Assembly (NCBI RefSeq): GCF_000143415.4
Contig: NW_003314311.1
Location: 726,181 to 790,180 of the forward strand
Source of the DNA: Selaginella moellendorffii
Lineage: Eukaryota; Plantae; Lycopodiophyta
DNA: 64,000 bases
Direction of reading: 5' to 3'
Shown: positions 26,901 through 38,174 of the stretch, in pieces
Numbering within the stretch: the first letter of the stretch is position 1
Layout of the letters: the number at the start of each line of letters is the position of its first letter
Translations under genes and position numbers: made by a program
Notes under the pieces: model-generated
Seen by the model: only the letters and a program-made list of their open reading frames with translations
Told to the model about the DNA's origin: nothing
Database searches by the model: none

Positions 26901-29613
26901 AGGTCACGTGAGGCCTCACGCCATTTTGATTATAGATCGTTGTGAATATTCAGACACGAGGATTGAAAAGCGCACTGGTGGCACGTCGAAGAAGGACAAA
27001 TAGACAAGCAATAGGAAAAAAGGAGGTACAAATTATATTTGCAATGGCGTGTGGTCTCATGCCATTCCTTGCAGGAGACACTTCTTCAAAGGCAAAACAG
27101 GCAAGCACCAGCCAAGCTCAAACTGACAGTGGTCATAAAAAGCGAAAGCACGTTGGACAGTCGTCGGGATTAGAGGCGTTTGATTCGAAAAGGAAGAAGG
27201 GCAACGAAAAGATGATAGGTAATGCCTCGCGGTCACCACCTCCTGACTCAGATTCCTATGGCGGACTCCCCTTCCCCAATCTCAATGGAGAGGTACAATG
27301 GATGAGGGATGCTTTTCAAGTCAAGGCCACGTTTTTCTCATCTCGTCGTCTTCGAAGGGTGCAAGAACGTGCAGAAACCATGTTAAGACAGTCAGGTGAG
27401 GATACGGTCCTAGGTCACGCACTAAAACAGGCTATGGATGTCTTGTATTTTGAGATGGAGACTCGGCCAGATGATTTTCCCAAGATGGTCCTGGAAGAAC
27501 AAGCCATCCAGCCTGAGCAGCCTATGGAAGAAATGCAGGAGGGGGATGAGGAGCCAGAGAAAGATAATGAGCAGGAAGAGCAGAAGGACGAAGAGGAGGA
27601 CAAAGAAGAGGAGGACGAAAAAGAGGAGGACGAAGAGGACTTGGATGGTCCTCACAATGGTGACGATCACAATAACGACGACGACGATGGCCAGCCTGAG
27701 GTGGCCAAAGAGCAGCAGAGGAAGGTCATACAAGACAAACCATCAGGTAAATAATAGTACATCCATTCCTAACCTTTTACCATTTCTAACATTGTCCATG
27801 TAAGTTGCAAAGCAAATGGTAAGTAGAGATTATTCAGTTGAATTAAGATACAAACTCTAGCCTTTAGTGTCGAGGAAGGATAGTGCCAAGCAAGGGTCGA
27901 AACGTATGTCCAATCCTTCAGAATCAGCAGTGCGCCCAAGTGATATCGGTCCTAGTTCCTCAATAGCAGTTGATGGTAAATACAGTATAGTCGATTCAAT
28001 GTGCTAATGAGTTTGTTTTTAGTAGCACGGGAGGATACCATCTCAATCGAAGGGAGATATTTGGTCATGCATATGGATCCGCCAGTGGACTCTACTTGCC
28101 TGCAAGAGTCATCAGAGCTGGTGGATGCTACTATCCATATCAACGCCAAGCAAGCTGACCACGCTCCACTTGATGCTGCCCATACCACTGAGTCAATCTT
28201 GTCCACGTATCCAACTGACGGTGACCAGGCGCCATTGGACCCGCATGAGGCCGCCCCAGCCGCCGAGCCGGTCGTATCCTCATTTCCAACGGACTCAACG
28301 TGTGCCCAATCGTCTGACTACGCACCATTGGAACCTCCCTACAACGCCCCTGCTGCCTGTTCGGTCATGTCCACTTTGCCAACGGAGGCACCAGCTGAAA
28401 TGGCGTGTGATCACACGCCATCGGAACCACCCCATGCCACTGTTGAGCCAGTTGTACCAGAGTCTACAGCTGAAATGGCATGTGCCCACACGCCATCGGA
28501 TGTGATTGACCCCACATTGCAGAGGAGAGTATTTCCGCCCTTCATGTTTCCTCGACCAAAACCCTCTCAACGACCATCGGGAGCACCATTCGCTAATATT
28601 GTAGATGGTAAAATTGACTTGTACCATTTTTTATGCTGACGCATTTCATTTCAGAGTTACGGCGAAGGTACTGTATCGTTTTTGATCTGAATGGTGTCCT
28701 TTTCTCCCATGAGTGTGGCTCGTCCTCGAATGTCATTGCACCCTCCAAAGCCTGCGGTCGCAAGTTGGTCAAAAGAGACAGATTCACATTAATCACATGG
28801 GAAAAACTGCGGGATCTAATAATGACCATGTGACACTTAAAACAGAGGGCCGGGTTCAATTTGCAATTGGGAGTTTGGACATCCATGATGCGCCACAATG
28901 CATTAACGTTGCTACAGATGATGCACGATCAGACGCGAGTAATATTACCATTTGACTTTCTCCTAACGCAGGAGGATTGCTTGACTATGGTCCATGTGAG
29001 GGGTAGCAAGCCCATCTTCGTCAAGCCAGAGGCTGTAGTGATGAACCGGACTGCTAGGTCAAGTGAAATCCTCATCATCGATGACTCGCCGATTAAAACT
29101 GCAGCGAACACACACACATATGCAGTGCACCCCATCTCTTGCAGTATGGAAACTAGGGAGAAGAAACTATATGTTCTGGGGGACCTTGCAAAACGGCTTG
29201 GAGCGATGGTGATAGAGAACCGGCCAGTCCAGGAGGTGGCTGCAGAAATCAACCAAATGGCAGATGGAACGGTATATCAGAAGCCATTTGATCGGACAGA
29301 CACCAGTCATCATTTATGGCATGTATATTGTCTAGCCAAGCACTATCCGCATCTCCATAATCTGCTCAACCGGATGGGTTCTTTGACCACTGAACATGAG
29401 CGTGGACGTATTAGAGAAGAGATGGCATTACTATTGGGTTTAAATCCTGATAGTGTGGAGAGTGATGAAATTCCAAGATTATTGTATAGGCGTTGGAGGC
29501 AAAAAATAACAGGCATGTATTTATTTAAAAATGTAACTTATTATGGCATGGGGTTCCATGCCATTGTATTAATATTAAAAGACAATTCTTTGAGAGGATT
29601 TGCATTATACTAG
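23985..29613 (+). CDS. Large multi-exon transposon cargo gene: ParB/Srx-like domain, degenerate amino-MTase-like region, acidic and Pro-rich linkers, FCP1/NIF-type HAD phosphatase (a few premature stops; 3' end uncertain)
   Basis: ATG|gtaag at 23985 and acceptor at 24227. ParB-like segment IDVSRIDI..YNHRLVSDEWVEKLK...FYAVSGQHSSLAMQE. HAD motifs IVFDLNGVL, VWTS, FVKP and LIIDDSPIK. Short GT-AG introns, mostly phase-compatible, link the ORFs. Confidence 0.65.
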
Positions 29614-29930
29614 AAGTGTTACAGCATGTTATTGGAAGTCTACGAAGTTGTTTTATTAATAAGGGGAAAGTAAAGATTGAATGGGGACTTGGGCTCCACC
29701 TAGACTCAGAGCAACTGAGCCAATATTAAAAGGATGGAAAGAAATTGGAAGGTGAAGCAGTGGCAGGGGGAGGAGAAGTGATTGAGTAGACATTTCCTTG
29801 TTTAAAATAAAATGGCATGTGCCTCAATGCAGTTGAATTTTGTTATATTTATAAACTATATAAAGGTTTGGAAACCTTATTTTACAAGTGGGATAATGAC
29901 AATTCCCACTTTAACGAAATAGAGCTTATA

Positions 29931-30524
29931 TCCTTCCACCTCTATCGTGCTCAGGAATCTCACAAAACATTTGCCAATGTCCATCGTCAGGATTGTCCCC
30001 CTTACAATATCGGGGATAAAGTCTAGCTCCTCAGGCGAAATATCTCCATCACCAGGCCTTGTCCAAAACTTGATTTCAAACGCCTCGGTCCTTTTCCTAT
30101 CATTGCCATCATTAATCCTGTCACTTATCGCCTTGCACTTCCCTCCTCATATCAAATTCACCCTATTTTTCACTCCTCTCTCCTTGAGCCTTATATTCCC
30201 AGTCCTATTCCCAATTGTGTCATTCCTCCACCTCCACCAGTGCAGCTCGAGGATGGGTCTGAGTACGAGGTTCAGGACATCCTCGATTCCAAGATTTCAC
30301 GGTCTAAACTCTACTATCTGGTCGACTGGAAGGGTTATGGACCTGAGGAACGCACTTGGGAACCTGCGGACAACCTGATTCATTCTCCTGACCTTGTTCA
30401 GGACTTCCATCGCCACTATCCTTCTCGTCCCAATTCTCATTCTTTTTCTCCATCTCCTATCCCTCGCTGCTCATCTCATCCTCCTTGCCGTTCTCATTCA
30501 CATCCTCATTCCACTCGTTCTTGA
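29931..30524 (+). pseudogene. C-terminal integrase (GPF motif) and chromodomain of the gypsy element
   Basis: The reading frame resumes after the insertion (EIHNSI|SFHLYRAQE), followed by KLDFKRLGPF and EYEVQDILDSK...YYLVDWKGYGPEERTWEP. Confidence 0.9.
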
Positions 30525-30535
30525 GGAGGGGGTGC

Positions 30536-30896
30536 TGTCAGGAATCCCCCAATTCTTGCCACATTCCTGACTCTCGCCGGATTCCTAACCTGCAGACCAC
30601 ATTCCTGATTCTCGAGACACTTCCCTATTCCTGACTCTCTGATTTCCTGTATGATTCCTGAGTCTCGAGCCACATTCTTGATGTTGATGTGGCACCTCCT
30701 CGAACTTAGCTATATTTAGGCCATCCTCGATTCAAGAGTGGTGGAGCTTCATCAACCTATAGTATATATAAGTTAGCCTTGTTCCATTTCTCCACAATCT
30801 GAATCAACGTCAGTCTAAGGCTTCTTCTTTGTTTCCACTAGCTTTTCTCTTTGTCTTTTGCATTTTCTAGTCTTGATCTTGTTGGGGGTCTTGACA
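30536..30896 (+). repeat. 3' LTR (361 bp)
   Basis: About 14 substitutions relative to the 5' LTR by my count, nearly all transitions. Confidence 0.95.
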
Positions 30897-32679
30897 GATT
30901 GCTCTATAGTATGTATCAAATACAATAGACATGCTTTATACAAACTTATCTTTTCGTTCTCTACCTCATAAGAATGTCAGCTCTAGTGCTTACTCTTGGA
31001 GAGATTCATAATTAGGATGTATGCAAGGTCCTCAAATGGTTGGTCATAATGAAAAAAACAATAATAAAATGTAATAAAAAGATAGAAGAAATAAGAGATT
31101 ACAACTCTTCTAGCCACTCCATCCCGAGGAAGGTAGTATATTTTACCCTTGTAGATAGCACAATATAGAGGAGGATTCTTGCAAAACCAACACTTAAATT
31201 TAATAGTAATGGTGTCACAGGTAGGAGGATTGGTTGTAAACCATTTGAAAAATATGAAATTTCTGTAATGATCTCGATTGCATGCTTCATCCATATAAAT
31301 CAAATACTTGCCATAGTGAATTATAGATATTATTTCTTCAAAATACTAGAAATATATAGTCTTGATCTTGTATTAGTTGTGGACATCCAACAGAAATATA
31401 TAGTCTTGATCTCCATCCCCTTCCATTTGGATTTAGAGCTGTTGATAAGAAATGGTAGCTCAAAAAGGATGTTGCCATTGTAGGAGGATGGAAACTCACT
31501 TACGGGCATGTATAAAAATAAGCACATGTTGACTAAAAAGAAGGAACATTGGAAAGCAATGTTAACAGCTTTGAATATTAGTGAAGATGAATCTAGTGAA
31601 TTTAGGGCCAACACTGACATGACTTCTCCCTTTGAGTTGGAAGAGGAAGAGAGAATGATGAGTGAATTTTACTTCACATTCACTTTGGCTAAACTGTGAT
31701 TTAACACTTTCACTTGAGATCCAAAATCTCAAATTTCCTTAGACTTAGAATTCTATAAATCCCATTATTATTTATCTTCACCCATACCAAAAAAAAAAGA
31801 AACTCCAAGCATGTAACCATACTATTGTCATGGCAAATGATAGCCTTCAATGAAGTAAAGCTAAAATGAAAGTTAAAATGCCAAAGTAAAAAACTTTCAG
31901 AAACAAGGCTTTGAGAGAATAAAACAGGTGGGTGATCTCAAAAATGTAGAAGAAAACCTCTCCATCATTTTTTATAGATTTTGGAATTTTCCATCTCTTT
32001 TATGCTACTTATAAAAATCCATATCAAAACATAAATTGAAATTTAAGGAGAGCAATAAGAAGAATGATAACAATGTACAAAATGAATTTAAATTATCTAA
32101 CATATGCAAGTGTGAGAGTATTATCATGTGTTATGATGTCTGATGCATTCATGCAAATCTAAAAAAGGGTTTTTAGTACATGAAGTTTAATTGTCAGTGA
32201 TGAAGTTAGTAATGACATTATGCTTTGGCATAAAGATCCAAGATATCCAATCATGTGTAAAGTATTATGAGTTGGTCAAATCTTTAGTGTTAGGTGCTGT
32301 TAGTAATGATAATTCTTTAATAACATAGATTTTATTCTTAATACAAGTTAAGTTTTATCCATATATGTGAACACTGCTGCACGTGCCTTTAGTTTAGGTT
32401 TGTATACAATATGAAATAAATTGATGGATGAGGATTCATCCATTCATAGATTAATATAGTAATGTAATATGCTAGATTTATACTCTTTAAATTTCTTGTA
32501 ATGAATCTAAAATATGTATAAAATCTTGTTGAGAATGCATCTTTTCTATATAATTGGGAAAAAAATAATATTAAACCTCCATTAACTTAAACATTGAAAG
32601 GTGCTAGTTATATCATCATTAATATATAATAATAGATAATATATCTTTTCTTATTGACAAGATAAAATAGGGTTTAAGG

Positions 32680-33365
32680 CCTTGGGCCAAGCTCAAGACT
32701 GGCCACCTCAAATAGTTTCTAGCCCAAAGGGGCTGAGGTTATTCAAATAACCTTGGGGCCCTAGCCCAAAAATTGCTCAAGGTTAAGCTAGGGTGGGCCC
32801 CTTTAGGTAATTTTTGGCTCTAGAAGGCCAAAGTTATTCAAATATCCTCAACCTCCCAAGCCCAAAAACCACATGAGATAGAGCTTGAGCTGGCCACCTT
32901 AGGTAGTTTTTGTCCTCAAGGGGCCAAAGTTATTCAAATAACCTTGGGCCCCCAGGCCCAGAAACTATCTAAGGTAGAGCTTGAGCTTGCCACCTCAGCC
33001 AGTTTCTAGCCTTAGGGGCCGAGGTTATTCTAATAACCTCGGGCTCCTAGGCTTAGAAACTGCCCAAAATCAAGCTTGGGTTAGCCATCTTGGGCAATTT
33101 CTAGCCTTAGAGGGTTGAAGTTAGTTAGATAACCTTGGGCCTTTAAGCTTAGAAATTGCCCAAGGTTAAGCTTGAGTTGGCCACCTTAGGTAGTTTATTG
33201 CCCTAGAAGGCCAAGGATATTTAAATAACCTTGGACCCCCAGGCCATAGAACTGCCCAAGGTTGAACTCGTGCCGGCCACCTTGAGCAATTTCTTGCCCT
33301 GGGGATTTGAATAATCTCAACCCTATAGGCCTAGAAACTGCTTGAGGTTGAGCTCGAGTTGGCCA
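32680..33365. repeat. Tandem array of ~7 palindromic ~96-bp units
   Basis: The central AGGTTATTCAAATAACCT core recurs about every 96 bp, and each unit is largely self-complementary. Confidence 0.85.
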
Positions 33366-33439
33366 TTTTGTTTGTCTTTTGAAAACAACTGCTTGATTTT
33401 CTTATTCTCTTTATTTAGTTTCACTAACTAAAATTCTTT

Positions 33440-34130
33440 TCTTGCAAAAAAGAAAAATAATACCACTGTAGTATTGTAGGTGTTTTTATCAGGTCCTACA
33501 ATTGATTGTTGATATATTTCAAGATGACATGACTATGGACATCTAGGTAGTTTAACCATTGGTGCCAAAAGATACAAAGGCCATTACTCCCAATTGCAAA
33601 GTTTATTTTCTTCAACTTTCCAGATGGTCTTTTAGAGATTGAATTTTTGTATAGTGAGTGTGTAGTGCATTTTGCCTAGGGATGATAGTGCAACTAACAT
33701 CATACCCAATCTTGTGGTTGAGCAAATTCACAACACATTTTCTGGGTACTAATTTTGAATTCTATCAATGATGCAAGTCTTGCTTGAGTTTTATTACCCA
33801 CCAGATAGTGTTGTGATTGATTGCATAGTAACTAGTGGTTCTATGGTAGAGGTAGTATATAACTTTGGTAGATTGGTATTTGTTTTTGAAAAACATCATT
33901 TTTTCAAACACCATAGCTACCTCCAATTTCAAGAAAGTAAATTATGTTTACTAAGATTTCAATACATGTTTAGTTCTGTTTTATAAATTATAATCACCTA
34001 GAGTTTTTAGAGTTGAAGGTTTTAAAAGTCTCTTAAAGTATGCAAAAGCTATGGCTCAACAAATGCAAAGTGAGCACAATCCTAATCTAGAAGGAGGCAT
34101 AGAAGGAATTGATATGTTGATGATGAGGTA
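33440..34130 (+). pseudogene. Decayed, internally deleted copy of the DNA amino-methyltransferase-like gene
   Basis: FIFFNFPDG and QVLLEFYYPPDSVVIDCIVTSGSMVEVV. DNA similarity to the reverse complement of 62720-63960 extends to about 34340. Confidence 0.7.
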
Positions 34131-34429
34131 GAAGAAAATTAAATGGATCTTTACTTGAAACGAAAATCTTGTCATATATCAAAATGTTGGTAATAGTGTT
34201 AGTGTTAGTTGTTAGTGTTAATGCTAGATATAATAATTGGAGATTGGTATTCTTACATGCAACCGTCAGTTTGTAGTGCTTGTGTGTTGCCATCTCATCC
34301 TTCAATATCTTGTAAAAAATATATATGAAGTGATAACACCGCTTATGTAGTAGTTGCAACAATGCTATGAGCACAAAGCAATTGGTATGTGAGTCTCAAG
34401 AAAGGGACAAAATAATGATTGATATATGG

Positions 34430-34970
34430 AAGTATCGAGACTAAGCCCAAGATGGAGTCTAAGAAGGAGTCTAAGATGAAGTTCAAGATCAAGACCGAAA
34501 TGAGTCTGAAGTTGAGATTAAGATCAAGACTGAGAAGACCAGAATTAAGTCTGAGATTGAAATTAAGACTAGAATCTAGACTGCGATCGAGATCATGATC
34601 GAGTTTGAGACCAAGACCAAGTTCGAGACCAAGTTCGAAACCAAAATTGAGTCTAAGTCCGAATCCAAGTCTGATTTCGAGTTCGAGTCTGAGTCTGAGG
34701 GTGAAAGCCCAAGCAATCATCTTTTAGACCCTAGAAGGTTTGGTAAGTCCCTATAGGATAGTAAGGGGAGGACTTTAGTGGAATTAATTTAGTCAAGGAA
34801 GGCCAATGTGATCAAGGAAGGTTACACTTATGTGTTGAGTGATGATATAAACACTAAAGAGTCTAATGCTAGAGTGAACATGGATGGATAAGTAAAGTGA
34901 TTTAGTGAAGAGTTCAAGAGTCAACTCTAGCTCTCTCGAGAGATTGAATGGTCAATACTCTTAATTCAAG
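34430..34970. repeat. Degenerate hexamer array and flank, LTR-retrotransposon internal segment
   Basis: (GAGTCY/GAGACC)n-like array, similar in the same orientation to 42290-42700. Confidence 0.7.
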
Positions 34971-34976
34971 TGTGGG

Positions 34977-36520
34977 TGTTAGGATGTGGCCACACTTAGC
35001 CTTTTAGAGAGTGTATGTGAGAGAGAGGGAGAATATATTAATTCCTAAAATATTTCCCATCCTCCTCGTATAAACCCTTACCCCACAAGGGCAAGGGGGA
35101 AAGGGCATTTGTGATGAGCATTGGAGCATTTTTTTATGTTGAGCAAGCATTAGGGCATACCTTTCATTCCCTCAATAAATGGTGAACCTAGCATAATTGC
35201 ACATTGCTTGCTATAAAGGCATTTTTCTCTTTTTCTTTTAGCTGTGGATTTTGAGGAGTGATTTCTTGTTTGTCTTGCGACAGATTTGCTTGATCTTGGG
35301 TGAATTGGATAGGTCTAGTTCTCCTATTTCTGGAAAAATATAGCTCTCATCAAAATGTGTAGTATTTAAGAAGATACAATGTTTCTTGTCTCAATTTGGT
35401 GAACATTTACCCAGATTCTCAACCCAATTTCTCAAAGAGGTGCATTTAAGTTTGAAGGTTTGGCTTATATCTATATATAGAGGTGATTCTTGGTTCCAAA
35501 TTTGAGAGAATTCATGGTATGCAAAAGTATTTTCTTCTCCAGAAAAATAGGGGTGTCTTTGCAATAGGAATTTGGCTTCTCCAGGCTTTGTTTTGGATGT
35601 TATGTATTTCTTGAGTGCTTTTGGTCCTAGGCTTTCTAATAATGCCTTTGGCATCTTGGTATCAATCTAGATTGGTGACACGTAAATAGTTTTTCACAAT
35701 ATTGGTGTTCTAAGTTTACGTTTCTTGTATTTTGGGAGATATTGAAGCATTTTCATCACAAAGTTTTAGACTAGGGTTGTAGATTGAGTTGAGGTCTTTC
35801 CAACAAGCCTATTTATAGTCAGAATGGTGAAAGATCAAGACTAAAATACTCATTTTCCTCTTTTAGGCTAAACCTTGGTGAAAGTTTCTTGAGAAAGAAG
35901 CAATATTTCTAGCAGATGTGTTTATAGGTGAATCTTGAGATATTGAAGGAGGTGCTCTGAAGAAAATTTACCAACCGAACCACATCTCCTTTCATTTTCA
36001 AACTTATTTCTCTTTGTCACAAGAATTTTAGGCAACTTTGAGCAACATGGAAACTTGGCAAAGGGTTCTAGGACATTTATTTTAGCTGAGGGCCCCTCTT
36101 TTTGTACTTTGGAGAAGTCTATAGCTTTATCGCTCTTGCCTATTCAATTGCCTCGACCTCACATTTGCAATACTCTTGCTAGTATAGACTACGTATGCAG
36201 CAAATTAGCACCTTTTACCATACTTCAAGGCCCCAAGGTACAATGTAAACTTTTTAGCATCTAGAGGCAATTTAGGTATGACATAGCATCTTCTAGAGAT
36301 AAATTTTCTTCATCCTTGGCAAATTTCAGCAACTTAGATTTGTAAGCTATGGTATAGCCACCTTTACCTCAACCTAGCTCCATGTTTTGCAAAAAGGGAG
36401 TGATCCATAAACCTTTTCAAGCATTGGAACAATCTCTCCAACATTTTATATCAACCGCTTTACTACACCATAAACATGGTCATCAATGATGATTGTGCCA
36501 TGACTTCTTGAGGGTAAAGT
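34977..36520 (+). mobile_element. Older copy of the short-LTR family: LTR 34977-35177, PBS and internal region
   Basis: LTR, AATGGTGAACC PBS and internal sequence are similar to 45342-46760. Confidence 0.75.
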
Positions 36521-37589
36521 GGCAACCTGGGCAAATTTTCTTTTCCTAAAGGACAAGATAAACTTCCAGACGCTATTTTCTTCCTTTAGAGAATGTTGTA
36601 AGCGACTAAATTTTCCATTCTACTTTAGTCACTTAACCACACCTCCGACCATTTGGAGGAGTCTCACTCACAAGTCCTATTTTAGACTTAGGGACTTGCT
36701 AGCCCAAGAATGGCATCCATGCCACTCAACCATTGCACTTGGTCCAAGTGCTTCATGTGTCCGATCCAATGATCGACACCCCAAGGTACCATCGACATAT
36801 TGGCCTGTTACGCTAAGGCTATACCCATTCACCTTGGTCACACCAGTGGTCTGACACCACCTCCATCACAGTCCCGTCTCTCAAAGACTAGGCCATCCGT
36901 CCATAAGCAATCATCCCATATTCACTCCTTAGCATCCTTAGGATGCCCACAGATATGGGGAATAGCCTTCCCCAATATCGCTTTTCTGGTCCTCACCAAG
37001 TCCCTTTCTGCTCATGGCCGTGTTCGCCAACACTGCCACTGGATCGAGGCCCACCGGCCCGACTGCTAAGTCCACCACTAAGACCTCTGGGACTTCCTCA
37101 CCACCCGACTGTATCCTTGGTCACTACACCAAAGGACTACTCCTCTTCCTTTCCACAGTCTGGGCCTTTGGGACAACATTTTGGAACACCGTGGCCTTAC
37201 ACGAGCCTCATGGGTACTCTCCCCACCTTCTGCCTTTGGGTGCTCTAGCCATGGGTTTAGAGCGAGGTTCCGTTAAGCCACACCAGGTATCCAAGTATGT
37301 AGTGCCACCCACACTTGGACTAGGAGCATCAGCCAGCCAATCTCCCGGGGGAACTAGAGCTGGCTCTTGAACATTTCACCAAGCTACCCCACTTGTCGGT
37401 CTGTGTTCACTCTAGTCTTGGACATCCCAGTGGGCAGCTCCTCACCCAACATTGGGTATAGCTTTCCTGGGCCAAACTGGCCTTTCCTGGCCAAACTGGC
37501 TCCATTGCAGTCCTCCTCCTCACTATACTTTTGGAGCTCACCAAACCCCCCAGGGTCTGGGAGATGAACGCTTTGGGCTTTCACCCTCT

Positions 37590-38005
37590 CAGACTCGAAC
37601 TCGGACTCGGACTCGGACTCAGACTCGGACTCGGACTCGGGTTCGGACTCAGACTCGGACTCGGGTTCGGACTCGGACTCGGACTCGGGCTCGAGCTCGG
37701 TCTCGGTCTCGGTCCCAATCTTGGTCTCGGTCTCGATCCCGGTCTCGGTCCCGGTCTCGGTCTCGACCTCGGACTCCATCTCGGGTCCATCTCGGACTCC
37801 ATCTTGGACTCCATCTCGGGTCCATCTCGAACTCCATTTCGAACTCCGTATCGGTCCATCTCGGACTCCATCTCGGGTCCATCTCGAACTCCATTTCGAA
37901 CTCCGTATCGGTCCATCTCGGACTCCATCTCGGGTCCATCTCAGGTCCATCTCGGACTCCATCTCGAACTCCAACTCGGGTCCATCTCGGACTCCATCTC
38001 GGACA
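37590..38005. repeat. (GGACTC)n / (GGACTCCATCTC)n hexamer-dodecamer array
   Basis: Seen directly. It produces low-complexity ORFs in all frames. Confidence 0.9.
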
Positions 38006-38174
38006 CTTCCACGTGTCATGTGTTGGTCCTTTTGGGTCCCTTTTTGGAGCCTCGCTTATTGCTCGCTTCGTGCTCGTTCATCAAGCACTTTGTTGGGAGT
38101 TCCACTCCCGCTCTCGACCTTTCAAATTAGAGCTTTTAGTCCAAACGTGTTATGCTCGTTTGGCTTTTGCTTCG

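Larger units (their letters stand above)
18423..29833. repeat. Dispersed 22-bp palindrome family ATGGCRTGWGGCCWCAYGCCAT (~20 copies)
   Basis: Copies start at about 18423, 18639, 19410, 19570, 19716, 21464, 21534, 21632, 22277, 22349, 23199, 24013, 24090, 24150, 25427, 26903, 27044, 28400, 28475, 29543 and 29812. Confidence 0.9.
18196..29928. mobile_element. 11.7-kb cut-and-paste DNA transposon with 25-bp TIRs and TA target-site duplication
   Basis: TAAGCTCTATTTCGTTAAAGTGGGA at 18196-18220 and its perfect inverse at 29904-29928, flanked by TA/TA. Removing the element and one TA restores the integrase frame (tcc ata tcc). Confidence 0.93.
13590..30896 (+). mobile_element. Ty3/gypsy chromovirus LTR retrotransposon (Tf1/sushi/Tcn1-like), decayed, interrupted by a nested DNA transposon
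   Basis: Two TG..CA LTRs, 5-bp TSD GATTG (13585-13589 and 30897-30901), domain order gag-PR-RT-RH-INT-chromodomain, and PPT GAGGAGGGGG before the 3' LTR. Confidence 0.95.

Noticed and set aside
18423-29833. Palindromic repeats as a CRISPR array
   Set aside because: Spacing is irregular (tens of bp to over 1 kb), copies lie in introns and exons, there are no cas genes, and the context is eukaryotic.
30983-31699. Short ORFs including a CWFC motif
   Set aside because: No family recognised, and AT-rich chance ORFs cannot be excluded.
32680-33365. 96-bp array as CRISPR
   Set aside because: Whole units are homologous and there are no unique spacers.
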